A stretch of 64,000 nucleotides of DNA. Source: Vitrella brassicaformis CCMP3155. Taxonomy: Eukaryota; Protista; Chromerida. A program made the translations under genes and the position numbers. The DNA is taken from positions 62,001 to 126,000 of the forward strand of contig CDMY01000217.1 in assembly GCA_001179505.1 (NCBI GenBank), read 5' to 3'. This document shows, one piece after another, positions 46,921 through 60,236 of the stretch; within the stretch, counting starts at the first letter, position 1, and each line of letters opens with the position of its first letter. Under the pieces are notes generated by a model. It searched no databases. It saw only the letters and a list, made by a program, of their open reading frames with translations, and was not told the origin of the DNA.

Positions 46921-49263
46921 TCATGCGTCAGTCGATTTCTTGACGCTTTCCTGAAGTGTCCTCTCCAAGTCCCTCATGGCCTCATCCAACACCTGCACAC
47001 CACACGCCGCACGAAGACACAGACAACCAACCACAATGAAATACACGCGCATTCACACACTCGTGCGTACCTCTTCGCTGACGATAGGCGCTGCCCGTCT
47101 GGGCCGGACCACTCTGAAGCTCTCAAATGACGACCCACTGGGCCTGCTGCTGCTCTCCATGCTACTGCTGCTGCTGCTGCTGCTGCTGGCATTGCTCGCA
47201 TGTTTGTCTGGCGGGGCTGTATGGTGTCGCAATGGGGCGGGGCGGTCACGAGAGAAATCTGACACACACAAGGAAGGGGCACAAAGCGCATATCATAGCA
47301 GGTAGAAATGTGCCAGCCGCGCGTTCTTTCTCTCACCAAATGTCACATAGGTGTCGTCATCTGCTGCTCCATCGTCGGCCGCTGCCGAGGTGGGCATCGT
47401 TGTCGTCGCGTGTTGGCGGCTGTGTGTGCCTAGCGCCCTCCTGCTCTTGCGGCCGCCCCCTGCTGCTGCTGCTGCTGCTGCTGGCGCATGATCAGGAGGG
47501 TGTGATACCTGGCAGACATACAGACAGACAACAGACAGACAGACAGACAGACGGAAATGCAGAGATATAGAAGTGATTGTGTGGTTCCGTGGACGGATGT
47601 GTGCCCACCTGGCCTCTTCCCATGCCCAGATTGCTCCACGACGGCCGGCCTCTGCAAGTGGTCGAGTGAACGGGAGAATGCATCGAATGCGACACATGCA
47701 TACCTCTTGTGGCGTTGTGACTGGCTGTCGGCCGCATCTGCTGCTGTGGCTGCTGCTGCTAGTGGCCTCTCGTCATGGCCACCCACACTTCCCCTCTGTC
47801 TGCCGCTCTCAGCAATCATCATCATGTGTGCAGAGGACCACTCTGTTTGACAGACACCCACACACAGAGGACAGCCAGCAGAGTGAGAGACAGAGGGAGC
47901 CATTTTCTCTCTACCTGTGTGTGGGTCGTCATCGATGAGGCCATGTTGAGCGTCAGCAGCATCGGCTGAGTCAGCGAGGAGGGGCACAGGCGTCGGCGGC
48001 GGGATGGCCGCCGTGTCGTACTGGTAATCCATCAACAGACCTATGTCCTATCCTCCACACACAAAGACACGCACAGCCGTCCGTCTCTCTGTCCGCCAAT
48101 GCACCCACTGACCGACCTCCTTAGTGAGCTGCAGCACATCGTCAGGCCGCGCCTTCATCAGAGCCGACCACATCCGACGCTCACGCTTGCGCATGAAGCT
48201 GCACACAACACAACACACCGGCCCTTGTGCGTGTGTGTGTGTCGACGTGTGCTCGTCGCGAGCCTCTGACTTGATGGCGGCAATCCAGGAAATGAAGCAG
48301 AAGTTCTGCCAGTGAGGCCGACCTGTTTGCACACAGACACACGCATAAACAAACACCCACACAGTGTGTGAGGGGGAGGAGCTTCCCACCACACGCACGC
48401 TAATTACCAGCTTCGCATCTCATCTCCTGCAGCTCAAAATACGACCGAACCAGACCCTACACACACCGACAGACACAGACAGACACAGACAGAGAGAGAG
48501 AGAGAGAGAGGGTGCAGTCATCCGTCCAGCGTCGATTGTTGTTTGTTTGTGTTGCCGACCTCGTTGATGCGTATGATGGCTGGGTGCATCTTGGCCTCCT
48601 TCATCTCCTCCAGTATCAACAACGCCTGGACAGTCAGTGCACCCAGGAATGCGACGAGCGTTCGTGACTGAATGCGCCGAGTGTGCAGACCTGTTCGCTT
48701 CTGTGTCTGTGTGAGAGAATGAATCCGTGCAGCTTCAGCGTGTAAGTCGCCTCGTCCAGCAGCATATTCTGACTCCTGCCGGCACACATGATACCAACAC
48801 ACACGCAACCACTCATATGCTGCCCTCATCGCAATAGCCTCGCCGCTCACTCACTTCATCTGCTCGAAGAGTCTTTCCCATTCGCACCAGTCCCTCTCAA
48901 CGATGGCCCGCCACAGTCGCCAATAATACGTCATCTTGCTCTCTGCCCTCACCTAATCCACGCACGCACACACACACACACACATACAGACCAGACAGGC
49001 ATACACAGATCCATGATGAGTGCAGATGGCTGCCTCTCCCGCCTACACACCTTCATGTGCTTGCCCTCTCTGTCGACCTTGACAGGAGCCTTCACAGCCT
49101 TCCTGTGATGGGCTGATGGGTAGATGGTTAGATCAGCACGTTGACTCAACATCGGCGGCAGGCGATGCCGCAACAACGCGCGACTCCTCGTCAGCTGCGG
49201 GCTGCCATGCGATAGGGCAAGGCCAGAAGCACTGCAGACCATCTTTCTCATCTCCTGATCCAT
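46921..49263 (-). CDS. PPR-like protein with a possible mitochondrial presequence
   Basis: Most exon joins checked are in phase. DEATYTLKLHGFILSHRHRSEQ/ALLILEEMKEAKMHP fits the PPR consensus, with a weaker preceding repeat (...ERLFEQMKSQN). The N-terminus is R/S/L-rich and acid-poor; the C-terminus is low complexity. Confidence 0.6.
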
Positions 49264-49279
49264 TGCGAGCTTAGCCGGG

Positions 49280-49653
49280 AGATGTGTTATGTGGTTGAGT
49301 GGATGAGTGGACGTGTTCGATGAGGGGCGGGTGGGCAAGACATCAACAGACACACAGATGTGATAAGCTTTGCATGGCGAGTCCACTGGTTGATAAACAG
49401 AGGACGGATGTGCACACCCTCTTGTGGTGCCGTCCATCCATCCATCCAGCCAGCCAGCCAGTCAGTCCATCCCATTATATACACACACCAAATGCGGCTC
49501 CCAAATCGTCTAATCCCCTCTGCTACACCACATGCACCATGCACTCGGTTTGTTTATGTGAGGCATACAAAAGCGAATCGAACCTCCATAAAGCACTCAT
49601 CTCATCTCACGCCAAATCGAAACATCCCCCCCTTCCTCACCTGCTATTCCCCA
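49280..49653. repeat. Conserved 3' flank of secreted TLDc genes, copy 2
   Basis: Matches 10330-10696. Confidence 0.85.
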
Positions 49654-50507
49654 TCACGTCACGTGAAGCACCTCTATCTCATCCGCCATGAAGTAATTCT
49701 TAAACGACCCGCCCAGCCGAGCATGGCCACCGGCATCCCTCTTCCCCGTGTAGCCCTCAGGCACATAGTCGCTGGGAATGCGCTGTGCACAGCTGCGGAT
49801 GTCGGCAGCTGGCTGGTCACTGTGCTCGTCGTCACCCAGAGCCAGCCAATCACCGATTCTCACACTCCCACGATCCCGCGCACTCCCCTCCCTCCCCTCC
49901 CTCCCCGCCACCGTCACCCACTCATCCTCTCGGTCGATGTCGATCTTGGTCGGCGTGTCGAAGTGGCCGGTCAGCGAAAACCACCACAGGTCACAGTCGT
50001 ACTCGTGCATGCCGGTCGGAGTGTCAGGCAGCATCAGACCGCAGTTAATGAAGGCGCCGAAGACATACTTGTCCTTTCTGATTACAAACACGAGAGGCTC
50101 TGCGTCGCCCACACTGTCCAGCAGGTCATCGTAAGTGGTGCCGTTCACCGACGACCTACGGCCCCCCCCCGCACACACACACACACACACACACGCGCAG
50201 ATCTCTCTCTCTCTCCCTTTGTGTGTGTGTGTGTAATTGCATACCGGTACAGGGAGGTGATATTGAGTTCTGTGCCATTGTCACTGCCCATCAAGTCGAG
50301 CAGCCCCTGATACTCTGACGCAGACAACGACGTGCCGTCAGGCGGGGACACCTGCTGCTGCACTCGACGGACCTGCACACAAGGCACAGCCACAGAGCGG
50401 ATGACTAATCTAATGAATGAAGGGCCACAGCCTACCAGATGGGCCTCCGTCCACGCCAAGCTGAGAGTCACCATCAGCAGTGCAGCACACCTGCAGTGCC
50501 GTGCCAT
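49654..50507 (-). CDS. Secreted-type TLDc-domain protein 3
   Basis: MARHCRCAALLMVTLSLAWTEAHL / VRRVQQQVSPPDGTSL...NITSLYR / SSVNGTTYDDLL...FGAFINCG...WWFSLTG...FMADEIEVLHVT*. Confidence 0.85.
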
Positions 50508-50869
50508 CGCGTCGACGAAAGAAAGTCTTTGTCGTCAGTCTAGCCACAGGCAGCCTGATGAACAAGACAGCAGTGAGCGAGACGACGGGAGTGAGCACAC
50601 CACCTGGGAGGAGAGAGAGATCTGCTTTTCGCAGCGGTTTCAGGGAGCACCCTAGGCGGCCTGACAAAATCTGCTTGTCACCTCGAGTTCAGACAACCGA
50701 TCCATCTGTGTCTTCCGACTTCCTCCGGCCAGATTTGTCGTCAGTCGTCCACTTTGGCCTCGTCGGTGAGGTCGGCGGCAGAGATGCGCACGCGGCGAGT
50801 CACTCAGGTGAGCGAGGGAGGGAGGGAGGCCTCGTGCGCCGCCATGTAAGGCGGCTGCTCGGCTCTGTG

Positions 50870-52900
50870 TGCTGTGCTACAGATGTCTGTCTGTCTGTTG
50901 GTGACTGAGTCAGTGAGTGAGTGTCCGTGACGGCAGACACTGCTGCAGATGAGGGGCGCCGAGGTGCTTGGCCGTCGAGTGCAGTCGAATGCCGCAGTGG
51001 TCCGCAGGCAGCCACACACACATGGATGGATGGATGTGCCACACAGAGGAGAGGACACACACAACGGTCTGTGTCGCATGGGTGGGTGCAGGTGTGACTC
51101 GGTGACGGTGAGGGTGCTGTCTGTCTGTTGCGGAGGCCATGCCGATGGCGCTGGTGGGCAACGTGACGACCCGCTGGCCATCACAACTGACTGACTGACT
51201 GACCGACCGGCGCTGAGTATTTTGTGTGTGTGTATGAGAGGTCGGCCGATGTGTCGACGACTGACTGACTGCCTCTCTCTCTGTCTTTGTGTCTCACGCG
51301 AGTTGGTTGTGCGTTGCTCTCAGTGTGTTGTGTTGTGTGGTCTGGTTGCCACTGTCATATGTGTCGCGGTCATGGACTGCCGTGACTGGTGGTGTATATA
51401 TATACCCATTGCATGCTTGCGAGTGATGGATGGCTTCGTTTGTGTTTGGCCCCAGCCAGCAGCTCGCCTTCCCACTCGATATCGGTCACTCCATTGTGAC
51501 CATTGGTACGCTGATCTTCGATGGCAGGGGGATGTCATTGTCGGTTGTCTTGATGTGATGCGCAGATCTTGGCGTCTGTGCCTTGGTGTGCGTCCTTTTT
51601 GGCCTCTCTGGCGACGTGAGGTTGTGATTTGGTACGCGCATGCTCCCCTGATGCGTTCACGTCGCCACAGCAGACACATGCGTTTCCTTGTGTCTCACTT
51701 GCTCGTGTGTGCAGCTGTTGATACGTGTGCTGATCTGCCATGGCGTCCCATTCACCTGGCGGACTCGCACTTGACTTTGGGTACGTGTGGGGGACACACT
51801 CACTCACTCCTCACCCATCACCTGTGTGTGGCCGTGTGCTCATGCTTGTGTGTGTGTTGGTGTGTGTGTGGTGTTCCGCGCGTGCATCTATATGCGACGC
51901 TGGGTGGACCTCTGTACGTTGATCGTCTGTCTACTTCTGTACCTCATGTCGAGCGGCATGCATTCGCACGTCACCCCTGACCTGGGGCATCCACTCGACA
52001 CCACACCGGCCACTGGCCATTATCCATAATATGTCCACTGCACCACACTTCTCAGCCGTCAGCTGCCATGAGTGTGTCGGCTGATGAGTAGGGGGCGGGG
52101 GAGAGATGACAGACAGACAGAGAGGGATGAGTGGCTGGCTGGCCGTACAAAGGAATCGCTGTGTGGGGTGGCGGTGGCCGTCTGTCTGTCAATCGGTAGT
52201 CTGAGACGTTTGCTCGCGAGAGTGTGTTGATCTCTCGTCGATGCATCCGTCACACACGACCGGCTGACAGACAGACAGGCCGACACACACACTCAAAGAG
52301 AGAAACCGTTTTGGTTTTGCCAGCTGTGTATGGTTTTCTTTGCGTGTGTGTCCTCCCCTCTCTCTGTGAGCATCTCAGAAGTCGTGCTGCAACAACAGAG
52401 CGTCAGCCCACGAAGGGTGTTGGTGCTTAAGGGTTGCCGGGCGGCGACAGAGATGCCCACAGAGGGGGGCGGGCGAGGGAATGGGCATGCTGCTGTGATG
52501 ATCCGTGGGAAGGAGAAAGAGAGAGAGAGACGTCGCTTTGGTTCGTGTGTCGTGTGCATCGTGTGTCGGTGTGGCCGGCGGTTTTTTTTCTTGAGTATTG
52601 GTTATTAAGCGGCCGACACACACACACACACACACACACGCAGAAGGAGTGGCCAGGCCGTTCGCGCTGTTCGTTGAGTGACCTCCTCACTCTCATTATA
52701 TCGGTTGATACATGGCGAGTCCATTGATGGATAAACAGAGGATGAATGTGCACACCCTCTTGTGGTGCCGCCCATCCATTCAGCCAGTCAGTCCATCCCA
52801 TTATATCCACACCACATGCGGCGACTTGAACAAAGAAGTAGCTGCATTTCTCCCCAGATCATCTAATCTTCTCTGCTACACCACATGCAATATGCACTCA
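50870..52900. repeat. Composite repeat R, third block, followed by a partial TLDc 3' flank
   Basis: 52045-52300 resembles 7660-7880; R core at ~52398; 52700-52900 resembles 10400-10600. Confidence 0.75.
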
Positions 52901-52980
52901 GCACACCGAGAGACCTCTCATCTCATCCGCATGCAAATCCTCGACCCACCCAGACAGGCACTCTCACATCGACCCTGAGC

Positions 52981-53605
52981 TCACATCATGCGAAAGGACA
53001 TGCAAAATAGAAACAACGAGAGCCACAGACAGACACACGTCCGCGTCGCTGATGATGAAATCGTTGGTGATGATATGAAAGGCGCCTGCAGCACTTCTAT
53101 CTCATCTGCATGAAACCTATACGACCCGCCCAGCAGAGCACCGACGCTCGACTCCCCCGTATAGCCCGCAGGCATAAAGCTGCTGGTAGTGTACTGCGCA
53201 CAGTTGCGGATGTCGCCATCATGTACCCACCCATCTTCCGGTACCCACCGATACAACTCGTCCAACTTCAGGTACCCACCCAACCTCCGGTACCCACCAA
53301 TCATCACACTCACACCGCCCGCACTGTGCCCCGCCACCATCACATCCACCCCCTGATACATTTCGCGGGCGTCGATCTTGGTCGGCTTGGCGAAATGCCC
53401 GGCCAGCGAAAACCATCGCACGTCACACTCATAGTCGTTGTAGTCGGTCGGGTCATCGGGCAGCTCCAGACCGCAATTGATGTGAACGCCGAAGACATAC
53501 TTGTCCTTTCTGATTACAAACACGAGAGGCTCTGCGTCGCCCACACTGTTCAGCAGGTCATCGTAAGTGGTGCCGTGCACAGACGACCTACGCCACACAC
53601 ACACA

Positions 53606-53650
<45 letters not shown>

Positions 53651-53790
53651 ATGATTGCGTACCGATACAGTGAGGTGACATTGTCAGTGCCCATCAAGTC
53701 GAGCAGCCCCTCATACTCTGACGCGGACAACGATGTGTTCTCAGGTGGGACACCAGCTGCACTCGAGGACCGCTGTAATACCCATCCACA
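52981..53790 (-). CDS. TLDc-domain copy 4, lacking its own signal exon, with a hydrophobic C-terminal tail
   Basis: ...PENTSLSASEYEGLLDLMGTDNVTSLYR / SSVHGTTY...FHADEIEVLQAPFISSPTISSSATRTCVCLWLSLFLFCMSFRMM*. Its 5' end abuts the 3' flank of the upstream copy. Confidence 0.6.
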
Positions 53791-53830
53791 AAGCACTCAT
53801 CGCATGCCAAATCGAAACATCCCCCCTTCC

Positions 53831-56031
53831 TTACCTACTATTCCCAACCACGTGAAGCACCTCTATCTCATCCGCATTGAAATCGGATTTATACGACCCC
53901 AGATGAGCATCGCCATTCCAATCGCGCTCCCCCGTATAGCCCGCAGGCACGTCGTCGCTGTCGGTGATCTGCACACAGCTGCGGATGTCGGCAGCCGACC
54001 GGTCACTGTCCTTAGCGTCACCCAACCGCAGGTACCCACCGATTCTCACATTCCCGCGCTCCCCTCCCTCCCCGTCACCCCCACCCACTGCTTGTCTTCG
54101 TCGACATCAATCTTGGTCGGCTTTGCGAAGTGGCCGGCCAGCGAGAAATGCCACAAATCACACTCATACTTGTGGAGTCTCGTGGAGTTGTCGGTCAGCT
54201 GCAGACCGCAATTAATAAAGGCGCCGAAGACATACTTGTCCTTTCTGATTACAAACACGAGAGGCTCTGCGTCGCCCACACTGTCCAGCAGGTCATCGTA
54301 AGTGGTTCCGTACACAGACGTCCTACGACACACACACATACACACAGAGAGAGAGAACGCCACACACACATGCATCACGTCATGCATCTATCTCTCTCTC
54401 TCTGTGTGTGTGTGTGTAATTGCCTACCGGTACAGTGAGGTGAGTTCCGTGCCATTGTCATTGCCCATCAAGTCGAGCAGCCCATCATATTCAAACCCGG
54501 ACAACGACGTGCCGTTAGGCGGGGACACCCATCCGCCGTCATACCCATCCACCTGCAGCACCTCCATCTTATCCGCATGGAAGAAGTCCGACCCGCCCAG
54601 AACTGCACCACCGCCGTGATACTCCCCTGTGTAGCCTTCAGGCACATCGTCGCTGTGGGTGTACTGATAGCAGCTGCGGATGTCGGCAGCCGGCCGGCCA
54701 CTGTTCTCGTCGTCACCCAAATACAGAGCCCCACCGATCTTCACATTCGCACCCCACGCACTCCCCTCCCTCCCCGCCACCCGCACATTCTGCTCCCTTC
54801 GGAGCTTGGTCGGCGTGTCGAAGTGGCCGGCCAGCGAGAAATGCCACAGGTCACAGTCGTACCAGTGCCTGCCGGTCGGGTCGTCGGGCAGCTTCAGACC
54901 GCAATTGATGAAGGCGCCGAAGACGTACTTGTCCTTTCTGATGACAAACACGAGAGGCTCTGCGTCGCCCACACTGTCCAGCAGGTCATCGTAAGTGGTG
55001 CCGTTCACCGACGACCTACGCCACACACACACACACACACACAAAACACACACCTCTCTCTCCCTCTGTGTGTGTGTCTGTATGATTGCATACCGGTACA
55101 GTGAGGTGACATTGAGTTCTGTGCCATTGTTACTGCCCATCAAGTCGAGCAGTGCCTTATACTGTGACGCAGACAACGACGTGCCCTCAGGCGGAGACAC
55201 CGGCTGCCCGCCCACGCGCAGCACCTCTATCTCATCCGCATGGAAATTCTCCGACCCGCCCAGCACAGCACTGCCAGGTTCGCTCGACACGCCCACATAG
55301 CCCTCAGGCACATGCCACTTCCTCTGACGGCAGCTGCGGATGTCGGCAGCTGGCTGGTCACTGTCCTCGTCGATACCCAGCCGCAGGGACTCACTGAGCG
55401 GCCCACCGATCTCCACATTCGCACCCCACACACGCCCCTCCCTCCCCGCCACCCACACCCACTGATCGTCTTCGTCGAACTCGATCTTGGTCGGCTGGGC
55501 GAAGTGGCCGGCCAGCGAGAAATGCCACAGATCACACCAGTACTTATGGCTGTCGGTGGGGTCGTCGGGCAGCTTCAGACCGCAATTGATGAAGGCGCCG
55601 AAGACGTACTTGTCCTTTCTGAAGACAAACACGAGAGGCTCTGCGTCGCCCACACTGTCCAGCAGGTCACCGTAAGTGGTGCCGTTCACCGACGACCTAC
55701 GCCACACACACACACACACACCTCCCTCTGTGTGTGTGTGTGTGTGTGATTGTGTGTGATTGCATACCGGTATAGTGAGTTGAGGTCTGTGCCATTGTCA
55801 CTGCCCATCAAGTCGAGCAGCCCCTGATACTCTGACGCAGACAACGACGTGCCCTCAGGCAGGGACACCTGCTGCTGAACTCGACGGACTTGCACACAAG
55901 GCACAGCCACAGAGCAAATGACTAATCCAATGAACGAATGGGCCACAGCGTACCTGTTGGGCCTCCGAGTCAGTCCACGCCAAGCTGAGAGTCACCAGCA
56001 GCAGCGCAGCACACCTGCAGTGTCGTGCCAT
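53831..56031 (-). CDS. Secreted-type tandem triple-TLDc protein; third domain frameshifted near 54055
   Basis: Signal exon MARHCRCAALLLVTLSLAWTDSEAQQ. Each domain is followed in frame by the next unit's VSPPxGTSLS..SLYR and the same phase-2 intron. Domain 3 switches frame at GREGSAG/NVRIGG. Confidence 0.8.
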
Positions 56032-56334
56032 CGCGTTGACGAAAGAAAGTTTTTCTCGTTCAGTCCAGCCACAGGCAGCCTATGTGATGAACAAGACAGC
56101 AGTGAGCGAGACGACGGGAGAGGGTGTAGGCAGAGAGAGAGATCTGCCCTTCGCAGCGGTTTCAGGGAGCACCCTAGGCGGCCTGACAAAATCTGCTTTT
56201 CACCTGCAGCTCAGACAACCGATCCATCTGGCGGTAAGCAGCTACTAGTAGTTGCGATGACGAGTCCTGGGTGACCCCGCCCTCCGAGTCTTTTGCGAGT
56301 CCGATTGGGAGATCTCCCGTTTCCTGAAGCGTTG

Positions 56335-57532
56335 ATGGCGTCTTCGGGTGTGCCTCACGGCGGTGCGTATGAGTCGGGGCCGGGCGGGAATGAGAGAGGC
56401 AGCGAGGACTTCGTTCGATACTACCAGGCACAACGCATTGTACCCGACGGTAGGGCGATGGCTGATTGATGTGGCGTGACGTCTGTGTGCATCCATCCAT
56501 CGATTCATCCATCTCTGTCTGTCTGTCTGTCTGTCCATTGATTGATCATTGATTGGTTAGATGAGTGGGAGGCCTTCTACGGTAGGCTGCTGACGGACCT
56601 CAACACAACCTTCCGAATCGTCAGTGGCACACTGCACACGGTAGGCACACAGGCCATCACATGCGGCTCTGTGTGTGAGCCAAATGCATGTGTGTGTCAG
56701 GACTTCCTCCGCTCATTTGTCGAAGATTGCCGCAGAGAGTGAGTGGATGGATGGAGGCACACAGAGAGAGTGCTGGCGGCCATATTACTCTTTCTCTCTC
56801 TCTGTGTGATGTCTGTGTGATGTGTGTGTCAGTGCGTTGGAGAGCCTGACGAGCGACCCTGAGCTGGCCAAGGAGGTCCAATTCACAACAATAGAGTGGT
56901 CAGCCAACAACCCCATAGAGTGGTCAACACACTGAAGAACAATCTTGTGTGTGCAGGTATCCCGATCACTTGGCTTACGACGTGGCAATTCCCCGGCCGG
57001 TGCTCAGAAAGAGCCCCGCGCTCAAGTAGCCAATGCCAGCCAGCCAGCCAGCCACGATGGATAGATGGATGGATGGATGGCGTGCAGGCAGTTTCACGAG
57101 TTCCTCGTCAAGCAGTCTGAGGCAGGCACCATATTTCGGCAGGTCCGTGACTACAACACGACACGACACAACACAAGGAACACACACGCATCCACGAGAG
57201 GGTGTGTGTGTCTGTGTGTGCAGGAGGCTGTGAGCATGGTGCCGCCGCTGCTGCTGGATGTGCGCAGCGGCCACACGGTGCTCGACATGTGCGCAGCGCC
57301 CGGCAGCAAGACCGCACAGCTGATTGAGGCGCTCTCCAAGCCGCCAGAGGGTTCTGCTGACAGCAACAGCAGCAATAGGGAGCCTGACGGTTGTGTGGTG
57401 GCCAACGACGGCGAGAGCAGACGGGCGCACATGCTGATACACCATCTCAGGCACCTGAGCAGCCCCAACCTCATTGTGACCACACACAGCGCACAGGTAG
57501 CTCTTCCCTAACACACACACACACACACACCT

Positions 57533-57565
<33 letters not shown>

Positions 57566-58966
57566 TTAAGAGGAATCTCGCTGCGTGCTTGTGCAGTTCT
57601 TCCCCCATCTGTTTGACGCATCCACGGGCGAGCGTCTCTTCTTCGACAGAATACTATGCGACGTACACAGAACTCCACAGCACAAGACAACACGCGATGC
57701 AGCCAATGTCGAAGAGATCATCCCTGTCCCTCTCTGTGTGTCAGGTGCCATGTACGGGCGACGGCACCCTGAGAAAGGCACCGAGCCTCTGGAACAGGTG
57801 GGTGCTGTTATGGCATAGGAGAGAGGAGGGGAGGGAGGAGAGGCCAGGCACACACACACAGAGACAGAGAGGGAGAGGGATCGGTCACTGTGTTGGCCTG
57901 TGTGTGTGTGTGTGGTTCAGGTGGCATCTGCACATGGGATTGGGTCTGCACAAGCTCCAGCTGCAGATACTCAGGAGGTCGGAAAGGAAAACCCCACACG
58001 GATACACGCGTGTGTGTGGATGTGTGGCTTTCTTTAATCAGGGGTCTGAAGCTGCTCAAGACGGGGGGCCGGTTGGTGTACAGCACCTGCAGCTTCAACC
58101 CCATCGAGAATGAGGCCGTCGTCAACGCTGTCCTGGTCGGTCAGCAAAGCAAAGCACACCATCATCACACCACGCACATGGCACGCACTAAGATTGCCGG
58201 TTGGTTCGTTAGGATGAGGCGGGTGAGGCATTGGAGGTGGTCGACTGCTCTGACGAGCTTACGGAGCTCGCCAGACGGCCTGGACTGACCACATGTGCGT
58301 ACCTCTGTCTGTCTGTGAGAGCAGACACACATGACAACAACCGCCACCGTCACCGGCAATGCCTGTTTTGTGTGTGTGTGTGTGACGTGCAGGGCAAGTG
58401 CTCTGGAAAGACACCTGGTAGGTGCCACCCCACCACATCCATCCATCCATCCCTGTGTGTGCATGTGTGTGTGTGTGCAGGTACTCCACCTTTGACGAAA
58501 CCCAAGGCCGCGTCCGCAGGAAGGTCAAGCCATCGATGTTCCCCCCACCTCCACCGCAGGAGCCACACGCCAGCCACCGCCACACCCAGCTGCGGCGGTG
58601 CCTGCGGTTCTTCCCCCACCTCTCCAACACGGGCGGCTTCTTCGTGTGCCTCCTGGAGAAGCGCGCAGCCATGCCCTGGGACAGCTTCCCCGACCAGGCT
58701 GCGACATCGTCGACCACAGAAGATGCAGTGGGAGAGGGACAGGGAGAGGGAGAGGGAGGAGAGGGCGTGACGATTGACACCGAGGAAAATGAGAATGAGA
58801 ATGACGACGGTGGGGCGGTCGAGGGAGACGAGGAGAGAGAGGGGGAGAGAGAGGGGGAGGCGTCCACGAGCGAGGCGCAGCCAGCAGCTAAGGACTCGTG
58901 GCGCTCACAGGAGGACTTCATGTCACTCAAACAGCTGGTCCAACAGGTAGGTCTCAGCAGCCAACA

Positions 58967-58999
<33 letters not shown>

Positions 59000-59877
59000 C
59001 CGGGGCGCCATCCATCCATCCATATCTGTCTTCGTATGCACGCAGCTGTCATCTGCCGACGGTCGCCCATGTGGCCTGTGGGACCGCATCGGCATGCCCT
59101 TCGGCCTCCCAGCCGACGGCGACCTCCTCGACGCCCTGTTTGTGCGGACGCCCCCGTCCGACGCCCCCAAAAAGGTGAGCAAACACCCCTCCCCTCTCCC
59201 TCTCGCAATGGCAGACAAATGCCTGTGCGCGTGTGTTGTGTGTTCTCAGGTGTGGTACGCTTCCTCTCGGGTCGGTCAGCTGCTGCAGCGCATCGGCAAG
59301 TCTCCCTACAAGATCATCAGCGTGGGCTGCCCGGCATTCGAGCGCGTCTCTACCGGCGGCCCCTACCGCATGCTGCAACACGCTGCCAGGTGGCTGCTGC
59401 CGCGTATCCAGCACCCCTCTATCGCAGCAGCGGCAGCCGAGGACGATGTAGCCAAAGGCACACAGCAGGTGGTTCGGGTGGGTCGAGAGGAGCTGGGGCT
59501 GCTGCTGGCGAAGGGTGAGGCCGGCAAGATGCCGCGTGTGTCGATGAAGGACGAGAGCTTGCCGGAGGGGCTGCGGGGGCGGCTCGAGAGCCTCACGAGG
59601 GAGGCGCCCTTCCTGGCGGTGGCGAGAGGGCCGGACGATGGTGGTGGCGAGGCGGCGGCCATGAGCATTGTGGTACCACTCGTGCAGTCATGCATCTCCA
59701 GGCACACAAACAGCGGAGCATCGCTCTCTGTCTGTCTGTGTGTCTGTCTGTGTGTGTCAGCTGCCGGGGTGGTGCGGCCGTCAGAATGTGGAGCTCATGC
59801 TGGACGACAACACGCGATATGCGCTGCACGCGCTCATACACAAACATACCAGCAAGACACAGAGTCAGGTTGAGTGA
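56335..59877 (+). CDS. NSUN2: tRNA (cytosine-5)-methyltransferase, NSUN2/Trm4/NCL1 family
   Basis: [19 protein letters not shown]...TFRI; [14 protein letters not shown]...[15 protein letters not shown]; VVAND; [18 protein letters not shown]; [20 protein letters not shown]; [19 protein letters not shown]. Confidence 0.95.
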
Positions 59878-60236
59878 CGGTCATTTGTGATGAGACGTTG
59901 CCTGGGTGGGTTAAGGGTGCTGCACGTGTGTGATGAGACATTGCCTTCGCGAACCGGGAGGAGAGATCGACATTGATGGCATCCCTCCCATCCCATCATC
60001 CCACGGTCAACCATTGCGCACACGGGTCTTCACTCCCACACACACACATGCGACACACGAAGACTGCACACACGCACACATCAAGCCCACAAGTGCACTG
60101 CGTCGACACATCAGCCATTTATGTGTGGCGGTGGTCAAAAGCCCAAAACCGACAGACATGCAGACAGGAGCGCTACAGCCGATGATTCGCACACACTAAG
60201 GTTGAATGCCCTACTATCAGCTCCCCCCACCCATAG

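Noticed and set aside
54424-55719. 431-aa ORF as an intronless two-domain protein
   Set aside because: It reads through microsatellite introns by chance (HTQREREVCVLCVCV); the same intron is present in all paralogues.
59930-60199. 89-aa ORF between NSUN2 and the HAD gene
   Set aside because: It lies in the short convergent 3' UTR region, has low complexity and shows no motif.
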